Source: Dendrobates tinctorius
Lineage: Eukaryota
Length of the DNA: 64,000 nucleotides
Assembly: GCF_039654945.1 (NCBI RefSeq)
Contig: NW_027361679.1
Span: 37,758,001 to 37,822,000, forward strand
Direction: 5' to 3'
Below are positions 59,501 through 64,000 of this stretch, one piece after another. The position numbers and the translations under genes are program-made. Below the pieces are notes generated by a model. The model ran no database searches, was not told the origin of the DNA, and was given only the letters and a program-made list of their open reading frames with translations. The first letter of the stretch is position 1. Every line of letters begins with the position of its first letter.

Positions 59501-62500
59501 GGGCTGTGCTGATGGGGGGAATAAACAGGCCCATGAAATGAGCTGTGAAGGGGGGGACAGCAAAGTATACAAGGAGCTGTAGAAACCATACTGTATTGGG
59601 AGCTGTGGTGAATATCATACTGTTTGGGGTGTTATTTATGGGCCATAATACTCTGAGATGTTGTGGGGACCATCATAGTATACATGGAGGCTGTATTGGA
59701 CATCATACTATTTATGGGGGGGGTCTGTGGTGGAGACCATATCATATATTGGGGGGGATTGTGGATATCATACGGTATGCGTGGCCATCATACTGTGTAG
59801 GGTGAGTGTGAGGAGTGGTTACAGTATGAAGAGGGCAGCGTGGTGGGCAGTATGAAGGCATAGTATGAAAAGGGGCACAGAATGGATATGGAGAGGGGAC
59901 AGCATGAAATAGAGGCACAATATGGAGAGGGGTTAGCATGGAGGAGGACAGTGTGGAGATATAGAAAGTGTAATAGAAAATTAGAGAGGGGACAGCCATG
60001 GATATAGGAAATGGCTCATAAGGGCAGATGGTGTGGCGGTTATAGCCTGACAGTGACATAACCTTTGTGATATAACAATAAATATATAGATCAAAACAGA
60101 TACCAAGAGGAATGAGGGCCCTGCTCGCAAGCTTACAATCTATGAAGAAGGGGAGACACGAAAGGTGGATGGTAACAATTGCTTTCATTGTTCGGACCAG
60201 CCATAGTGTAAGAATCAGGTGTTCATGTAATGCTGCATGAACTGGTTATCAGCCAAAGTATCTAACAATACAGACACAGAGGGCTATTAAATGCATAAAG
60301 CATGTGAGAACATGATACGAGGAACCTGGTTACGGTAAAAATTTTGAATGGGCAACACAGGGATAGTTAAGTTAATGCGTTGAGGCGGTAGGCCAGTCTG
60401 AACAAATGCGTATTTAGGGCATGCTTAAAACTGTGGGGATTGGGGATTAATCGTATTAACCTGGGTAGTGCATTCCAAAGAATTGGCACAGCACATGAAA
60501 AGTCTTGGAGACGGGAGTGGGAGGTTCTGATTTATTGAGGATGCTAACCTCAGGTCATTAGCAGAACAGAGGGCACGGGTAGGCTGAGACGAGGGTGGAG
60601 ATGTAGGGTGGTGCTGAGCCATGGAGAGCTTTGTGGGTGAGAGTGATGTTTGTATTGGACATTGGAGTGGTTGGCTAACCAGTGTAATGACTGGCATTTG
60701 CACAGCCTATCATTTTATTCCCCCATCTGCACAGCCCCTCATTTTATTACCCCATCTGCACAGCCCCTCATTTAATTTCCCCATTTGCCCAACCCCTCAT
60801 TTTATACACCCCTGTGCGCAGGTCCTCAGTTTAACCCCATGTACACAGCTCATCATTTTTCCCACCTTCCCCCATCAACACAGACCTTCAGTTTATAACT
60901 CTCCTCTGAAACAGCCCCTCAGTTTATTCCCCCCATCAGCACAGTCCCTTGCCTGTTTTCCCCCCCATCAGCAGTCTCTCACCTCAATTTAATCCCCCAT
61001 CAGCACACCCCCTCATTTTATTCTCACTTTCCCCTCATCAGCACAGCCCTTCAGTTTATTCCCCCCATCAGCACAGTCCCTTGCTCCAGTTTATTCCCCC
61101 ATCAAGTCTCTCACCCCATTTTAATCCCCCATCAGCATGGCCCCTCATTTTTATTCTCCTCTTCCCCTCATCAGCACAACTCCTCAGTTTATTCCCCAAT
61201 CTGCAGTCCCTCACCTCATTTTATTCCCCCATCAGCAATCTCTCAATTCATTTTAATCCCCCATCAGCACAACCCCTCATTTTATTATCCCCTTCCCCTC
61301 ATCAGCACAACTCCCTTTTATTCCCATGAGCACAGTCCCTCACCTAATTTTAATCGCTATATCAGCCAGCCCATTTTATTCTCCCCTTGCCATCATCAGA
61401 ACTGCCCCTCAGTTTATAACCCATCAGCACAGCCCCTCACCTCATTTTATCTCTATCTGCTCAGCCCCTCCCCTTAGCTGTCCACATAATCTCAGCGCAA
61501 TGACATCACTGCACTGCACCATCCAACATCTCCTATGTGCGCCTTCTCCAACAAGGCACAGACCTGAAGTGGGCCCTCGTCTTGCTGGATATTCCGGCGG
61601 AGCAGGGGACCTGACAGCTCCTGTCACAGCCGGCACACAGACGAGAATGCAATTGAGAGCAGGGAGGTAGCAACAGCTGGGGCACAGGAGAGGGGTGAGC
61701 GGTGTCAGCGACTCACCTGCAAGCCTGCGCCCCAGCAGTAACCATGCTGAATGTGTGCGGCCACGGGATGTTGGTGACTGCAGACATTCAGCAATTTTTT
61801 TTCACAATGTGCCCCCCTCACATTGGTAGGAGGTGGCGCCCTGTTTGTGCCCACCTGAGAAAGGCGGACACTTCAGAAATTTACATTAGACAGAGCCCAA
61901 AGTAACTCCATCTGCTTCACTAACGTGAATGGTCTTTTTGGCAGATATACCTGAATCCTGTTTTTCAGCAGACCCTTAGGCAAGTCATCCTCTATTCCTT
62001 GGGGTATAGGCCGGTGTTCCTCTACAATGGGTAATTTATTCTTTGGTTAATGTTTCATGATTTTTCTGGGGGTGGTGCAGTGAAGCCTCTTTTTTACAAG
62101 GAAATTTTTCCAACATTGCTTTATTAGAGGCTTTTTCTGCTCCCCTTCATACGGGATAAGAAAAGTGTCCAAAATATCAACATAAACTTGTGCATTTATT
62201 GAAGATGTAATGAAATGACAGCCATCTCCCAAGTGCCTTTACCTGACATGCAGCCCCATATCATCAATGACTGTGGAAATTTACACGTTCTCTTCAGACA
62301 TTCATCTTTAGAAAATCTCATTGGAACGGCACCAAACAAAAGTTCCAGCATCATCACTTTGTCCAACGCAGATTCGCGATTCATAACTGAATATGACTTT
62401 CATCCAATCATCCACAGTCCATGATTGCTTTTCCTTAGCCCACTGTAACCTTGTTTTATTCTGTTTAGGTGTTAATGATGGCTTTCGTTTAGCTTTTCTG

Positions 62501-63908
62501 TATGTAAATCCCATTTCCTTTAGGCGGTTTCTTACAGTTCGGTCACAGACGTTGACTCGTTTCCTCACATTCGTTCCTCATTTGTTTTGTTGTGAATTTC
62601 CTGTTTTGGAGACGTATTGCTTTAAGTTTCCGGTCTTGATGCTTTGATATTGACCTTGGTCTAACAGTATGTTTGCCTTTAACAACCATCCCATGTTGTT
62701 TGTATTTGGTCCAGATTTTAGACACAGCTGACTCTGAACAACCAACATCTTTTGCAACATTGCATGATGATTTACCCTCTTTTAAGAGTTTGATAATCCT
62801 CTCCTTTGTTTTAATTGACATCTCTCATGTTGGAGCCATGATTCATGTCAGTCCACTTGGTACAACAGCTCTCCAAGGTGTGATCACTCCTTTTCAGATG
62901 CAGACTAACGAGCAGATCTAATCTGATGCAGGTGTTAGTTTTGGGAATGAAAATTTACAGGGCGATTCCATAATTTTTTCCTTCAGAATTGAGTGATTCC
63001 ATAATTTTTTCCCTATGCTTGGATAAAAAAAGTAACCATTACTGACTACCACATTTTTTGTTCTTGATTTCTTTTAGTGTTTCTTAAAGCCAGAAAGTTA
63101 CCATTTGAAATGACTTTAGTTTTGTGCCATGTCTGTGATCTGCTTTTTTTTCTACAAAATTAAACAACTGAATGAACATCCTCCAAGGCCGGTGGTTCCA
63201 TAATTTTTGCCAGGGGTTGTACTTTGGCTGCTACAGCTTGTAGAAGTCTCATGGGTAGTAATGCTTATGTGACATTTCTAAAAGCGTATATTATTGTGTT
63301 GAGGCATCAGTAATGCTTGTACTGGTGATATTGTGACCTCTGGTGTAATTATTGCAACATGTAATATACGGCTGTGTTCCCCACAGTAGGGGTCATTGTT
63401 CTATGGAGTATTATATGGCATGCGGCCATTGGGAGGAGTTATGAATTGCTTGCATTTACTAGAAAAAGAGCTACTTTTACCAAGCCATTTTCCTTTCTGG
63501 CTCACAGAAGGGGTTACTGCCACTAATCCGTGACCCAGTTGGGCATGTGACAAGTGGTTGTCCTGGAGAGAGCATTTCAATGATCATTGCCAGGACTGTG
63601 GCCTTGCTAAAACGCAGATAAGATTACATGTACTGCTCATTCTCAAATTCCTTTTTCTTCACTATTTTGTAAATTTACCTTTAAAGTTTAACTGGAATTT
63701 TGTTTCAGGACATATTTCATTTGAGGAATTCAAACACACATGGAAACTGCTGAGCTCACACTTAAAAATAGATGTCAGCGATGAAGCCATCTGTAACATG
63801 GCTAAGAGCATGGACTTCAATAAGGATGGTAATATAGACATCAATGAATTCCTGGAGGCTTTCCGACTGGCTGACAGACCTAATATTGAAGACAGAGAGG
63901 ATTTTTGA
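17393..63908 (+). CDS. ppef2: Ser/Thr protein phosphatase with EF-hands 2 (PPEF2/rdgC family), 5'-partial, 10 exons in window
   Basis: Ten GT-AG exons splice in phase into one ORF. It carries the PPP motifs GDFVDRG, RGNHE, HGG, DILWSDP, IRSHE and SASNY, a long catalytic-domain insert typical of PPEF2, and C-terminal EF-hands ([26 protein letters not shown]). Confidence 0.93.
17641..17677 (+). CDS. ppef2: ppef2 short exon ([12 protein letters not shown])
   Basis: 37 nt, gag acceptor, gtatgt donor; restores phase; YGF motif follows RGNHE in PPP phosphatases. Confidence 0.9.
17958..18361. mobile_element. Palindromic Harbinger-like MITE (same family as 30524-30916, opposite orientation)
   Basis: Imperfect TIRs, TAA/TTA flanks, internal GCGATATCGC palindromes. 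Confidence 0.75.
18607..19032. mobile_element. Tc1-derived MITE consisting almost entirely of long TIRs
   Basis: CAGTGCCTTGCAAAAGTATTC...GAATACTTTCGCAAGGCACTG; TA TSD. Confidence 0.9.
19971..20120 (+). CDS. ppef2: ppef2 exon (FHGKKILK...WLPLATVID...HGGVS...ERHK)
   Basis: 150 nt, aag acceptor, gtgaga donor; LPLA and HGG motifs. Confidence 0.93.
20417..28026 (-). mobile_element. Full-length but mutated Ty3/Gypsy LTR retrotransposon
   Basis: LTRs at 27229-28026 and 20417-21422; TATG TSD; PBS relic next to 27228; PPT at 21423-21433; gag, CCHC-like knuckle, protease (LLDTGS), RT (YLDD), RNase H and integrase broken by stops and frameshifts. Confidence 0.93.
21768..26894 (-). pseudogene. Disrupted gag-pol of the - strand Gypsy element
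   Basis: ORF pieces 26604-26894, 23882-26641, 23676-23885, 22725-23675 and 21768-22715 are colinear Gag-PR-RT-RH-IN. Confidence 0.9.
28500..29530 (+). mobile_element. Decayed Tc1-like transposon
   Basis: Relics [33 protein letters not shown] and [12 protein letters not shown] across broken frames. Confidence 0.7.
30524..30916. mobile_element. Palindromic Harbinger-like MITE
   Basis: GGTACTGTCACACTTAGCG...CGCTTAGTGTGACAGGCCC ends; reverse-complement homologue of 17958-18361. Confidence 0.75.
31743..32497. mobile_element. Probable solo LTR or similar GC-rich insertion in the DIRS gag region
   Basis: TGCAGTGAC...GTCACTAC inverted ends interrupt DIRS-like coding relics; no clear TSD. Confidence 0.45.
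35778..35787 (+). promoter_or_regulatory. Self-priming primer-binding site
   Basis: TATAATCGGC is complementary to GCCGATTATA at 35358-35367 in the LTR; there is no TGG tRNA-type PBS. Confidence 0.8.
35807..36658 (+). CDS. gag: Gag (capsid plus CCHC knuckle)
   Basis: [33 protein letters not shown]. Confidence 0.95.
   Translation: MDPLDSITRQLAALSIQVSELNGAVQQQGLVVAKVQTASAGIGAEPKFPLPERFSGDRSKFVVFREACKLYFRMRPISSGNEAQRVGLVLSLLSGDPQAWAFSLPPDSATFHSVDNVFSALGLIYDDPDRLALAESKIRALRQGERLAEDYCSEFRRWAVDTQWNDPALRSQFIHGVSGRVKQALLMYETPASLESAMSLVIRIDRRFRQGAQETLPLGENRGAGVVEVDESPEPMQIAGVAQVRPRAPGVRKSGACFYCGKGGHYVNVCPVLPKRVTPAENC
36646..36707 (+). promoter_or_regulatory. -1 ribosomal frameshift signal (G_GAA_AAC plus H-type pseudoknot)
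   Basis: Stem 1 GCTCAG-A-GGGT pairs with ACCC-AA-CTGAGC; loop ATGGAGG pairs with CCTCCAT at 36701-36707. Confidence 0.8.
36646..40023 (+). CDS. pol: Pol (protease, RT, RNase H, integrase, chromodomain) in the -1 frame relative to gag
   Basis: VDSGS, YLDD, VEVDAS, HHCC and DDE integrase motifs, GPF, chromodomain ([16 protein letters not shown]). Confidence 0.95.
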   Translation, partial: GKLLSSEGMEETQLSVCISSMMVSQCMLPAKVIVAGRELPISVFVDSGSATNLIDEEFAHTAGFKIEKLPHPIQVVTINAVPLPQGEITEFVAEVKLHIGVLHSESVTCRVLRNLPAQMVLGFPWLSRHNPVIDWKTQDIVQWSGFCQDNCLATCVSAVTPSLPEALQDFADVFSEKGCSELPPHRAYDCAIRLKPGAKLPKARMFNISGPERQALKDYIAESLSKGHIRPSSSPVAAGFFFIKKKDGGLRPCLDFRELNQITIRDPYPMPLIPDLFNQVAGAKWFSKLDLRGAYNLIRVRQGDEWKTAFNTPEGHFESLVMPFGLTTAPAVFQHFINDVFAHVLGRFVIVYLDDILIYSSDRDTHLQHVRQVLQLLRENQLYAKLEKCLFFVQELPFLGYIVSAAGFKMDTAKVQAVLQWERPESLKALQRFLGFANYYRKFIKHFSTVAKPLTDMTKKGADLANWPEVAIRAFERLKNSFASAPILVQPDVSKPFVVEVDASEVGVGAVLSQGSSLSEMHPCAYFSKKLSPAERNYDIGNRELLAIKLAFEEWRHFLEGAAHQVTVITDHKNLLYLESAKRLSPRQARWALFFTRFNFLVTYRPGAKNTKADALSRCFPGGEPREEPVPILQKGVVVSALTTEVEAEIAEAQEEVPPGLPANKSFVPLHLRPKVLKEHHDSVLAGHPGVKGTLELVSRRFWWPKIRQDVVSYVAACITCARAKSPRTRPAGTLQPLGVPNRPWTEISMDFITDLPASAGNTVILVVVDRFSKMAHFVALSSLPNAKTLAQVFVKEVVRLHGIPSDIVSDRGTQFVARFWKAFCSRLGIKLSHSSAFHPQSNGQTERMNQNLEQYLRCFVSDNQEEWSTFLPLAEFALNNHRQESSGESPFFCVYGQHPQFCTLRQGDSGGVPEEDQLGAQLSSVWRRVKQRLLSMSARYKRVADSRRVPGPDLCVGEWVWLATKNIKLKIPSLKLGPRFIGPFRISAIINPVAYRLELPAVYKIHNVFHRALLKKVVGSVDTTPMPPPVMVDGELEFEVAKVVDSRVVRRTLQYLVHWRGYGPEERSWVPASDIHADRLVSSFHRRHPDKPGPMSLEGPGVPRRRRGTVMSDAVHTTASGRQR
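41460..41858 (+). CDS. ppef2: ppef2 exon encoding the catalytic-domain insert (FTSTLRPRK...DEERKQ)
   Basis: 399-nt open frame between a tag acceptor and a gtattc donor, phase 0/0; its position matches the PPEF2 insert. Confidence 0.85.
43201..43386 (+). CDS. ppef2: ppef2 exon (IVDILWSDP...RGGGCYFG...IRSHE...HNGK)
   Basis: 186 nt, cag/gt boundaries, PPP motifs. Confidence 0.95.
43493..43744. mobile_element. hAT-like palindromic MITE
   Basis: TAGAGATGGG...CCCATTTCTA ends; 8-bp TSD TTACTAAT/TCACTAAT. Confidence 0.7.
44867..45009 (+). CDS. ppef2: ppef2 exon ([12 protein letters not shown]...TLRQ)
   Basis: 143 nt, tag/gt boundaries, SASNY motif. Confidence 0.95.
45094..45200 (+). CDS. ppef2: ppef2 exon ([19 protein letters not shown]...DKNKS)
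   Basis: 107 nt, cag/gt boundaries, in phase. Confidence 0.93.
45343..45506 (+). CDS. ppef2: ppef2 exon (HITLHDW...[12 protein letters not shown]...VRE)
   Basis: 164 nt, cag/gt boundaries, LPWR motif of the PPEF family. Confidence 0.93.
46034..48364 (-). mobile_element. Tc1-like transposon with a deleted transposase, itself interrupted at ~46918-47870
   Basis: TIRs CAGTGGGGAAAATAA...TTATTTTCACCACTG; TA TSD; [15 protein letters not shown] motif on the - strand. Confidence 0.88.
46918..47870 (-). mobile_element. Kolobok/T2-like element in reverse orientation inside the Tc1
   Basis: TTAACCCTTT end; 47300-47870 is reverse-complementary to the family's left arm. Confidence 0.6.
49428..49810. 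mobile_element. Palindromic Harbinger-like MITE
   Basis: TCACATTTATC...CTGAGCACTTAC pairs with GTAAGCACTCAG...GATAAATGTGA. Confidence 0.6.
50690..50777 (+). CDS. ppef2: ppef2 exon ([29 protein letters not shown])
   Basis: 88 nt, cag acceptor, gtgagt donor; start of an EF-hand. Confidence 0.93.
53771..53922 (+). repeat. Degenerate (CCCTAA)n telomere-like tract; continues at 55361-55400, with a homologous tract at 12001-12070
   Basis: ccctaa, cccaac and ccataa hexamers. Confidence 0.85.
54133..55216 (-). mobile_element. 5'-truncated Penelope-like retroelement (RT tail, GIY-YIG endonuclease, pLTR region)
   Basis: [17 protein letters not shown]...YVGET...R.RSH, HF...H; flanked by a TCTTGAAA duplication (54125-54132 and 55217-55224). 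Confidence 0.9.
54228..54275 (-). ncRNA. Minimal hammerhead-ribozyme-like motif of the Penelope pLTR
   Basis: - strand reads GC CTGATGA A GAGAC ataagtt GTCTC GAAA GTTTGC: intact core boxes and a 5-bp stem II; stem III is degenerate. Confidence 0.7.
55895..56260. repeat. ~32-bp degenerate tandem repeat (ACCAGAACCACCATCAGTACATGAATATGTC)
   Basis: About 11 units; reverse-complement units at ~51650-51738. Confidence 0.7.
56838..60046. repeat. Long near-perfect inverted repeat (arms ~56838-58020 and ~58850-60046)
   Basis: The arms are reverse complements with few mismatches; the ORF track shows mirrored translations. Confidence 0.95.
57462..60695 (-). mobile_element. L2-clade LINE 3' fragment split into 60072-60695 and 57462-57567
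   Basis: RT C-terminal relics ([22 protein letters not shown]); 3' UTR TAGATTGTAAGCTTGCGAGCAGGGCCCTC...TGTAAAGTGCTGCAGAATATGATGGCACTATAGAAATAAA followed by (ATT)n. Confidence 0.8.
57568..59314. mobile_element. Non-coding palindromic element with ~150-bp tandem units and a hammerhead-like motif (putative Penelope-dependent, retrozyme-like element)
   Basis: Ends GGTAAGCAC...GTGCTTACC; it interrupts an L2 3' UTR; units start at 58349, 58554, 58689 and 58839; motif at 58107-58147. Confidence 0.6.
60696..61480. repeat. ~30-bp C-rich minisatellite (CAGCACAGCCCCTCAGTTTATTCCCCCAT), continuing the array at ~57340-57461
   Basis: More than 20 degenerate units. Confidence 0.85.
62145..63219 (-). mobile_element. 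Tc1-like transposon, 5' part with a frameshifted transposase
   Basis: TIR CAACCCCTGGCAAAAATTATGG next to TA; HTH region [10 protein letters not shown]...; DDWMKVIFS(D>Y)ESR; [13 protein letters not shown]. Confidence 0.88.
63709..63908 (+). CDS. ppef2: ppef2 last coding exon (EF-hands, TGA stop)
   Basis: cag acceptor; HISFEEF and [17 protein letters not shown]; TGA at 63906-63908. Confidence 0.94.
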
Positions 63909-64000
63909 TGGAAACCAGACATTCTGAAGAGATACAGACCCGACGGTCATGGTCTGTGACAAGTACACAGACGAGTCCCTGAAGAAATGTGTTAGGGGCG

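Noticed and set aside
56838-60046. The palindrome as a pure fold-back sequencing artefact
   Set aside because: The arms differ by several substitutions and in microsatellite length, and the junction has a TSD-like repeat and a templated patch. An artefact is disfavoured but cannot be excluded without reads.
56810-60188. Mirror-image ORF pairs (for example 57296-57670 and 59212-59589) suggesting a duplicated gene
   Set aside because: They are a by-product of the inverted duplication of repeat and L2 UTR sequence, with no coding signature.

Overview
Vertebrate genomic DNA, most likely a frog (inferred from the repeat families). The window holds the 3' part of a + strand gene for a PPP-family Ser/Thr phosphatase with EF-hands (PPEF2/rdgC-like). 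Ten exons run from 17393 to the stop at 63908; the upstream exons with the GDxHG motif were not found in the window. Almost everything else is nested transposons. Retroelements: an apparently intact, very young chromoviral Ty3/Gypsy element with matching 604-bp LTRs inserted in the recombinase gene of a decayed DIRS1-like element; a second, mutated Gypsy element on the - strand; an older decayed chromovirus; a young CR1 LINE with an intact ORF2 and a captured L1 fragment at its 5' end; solo LTRs; Penelope and L2 fragments. DNA transposons: Tc1, Harbinger, hAT and Kolobok/T2-type elements. The most notable observations are: (1) a U_UUA_AAC slippery site immediately before the CR1 ORF1 stop, with no ATG for ORF2 ahead of its first endonuclease motif, suggesting -1 frameshifting; (2) an in-frame L1-endonuclease/CR1-ORF1 chimera; (3) a 3.2-kb fold-back structure in which a hammerhead-like non-coding element appears to have copied about 730 bp of flanking DNA in inverted orientation, with a templated junction; (4) frameshift cassettes in all three Gypsy elements and a tRNA-independent self-priming signal in the intact one. 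All alignments were made by eye, and family assignments rest on recalled motifs rather than database searches.
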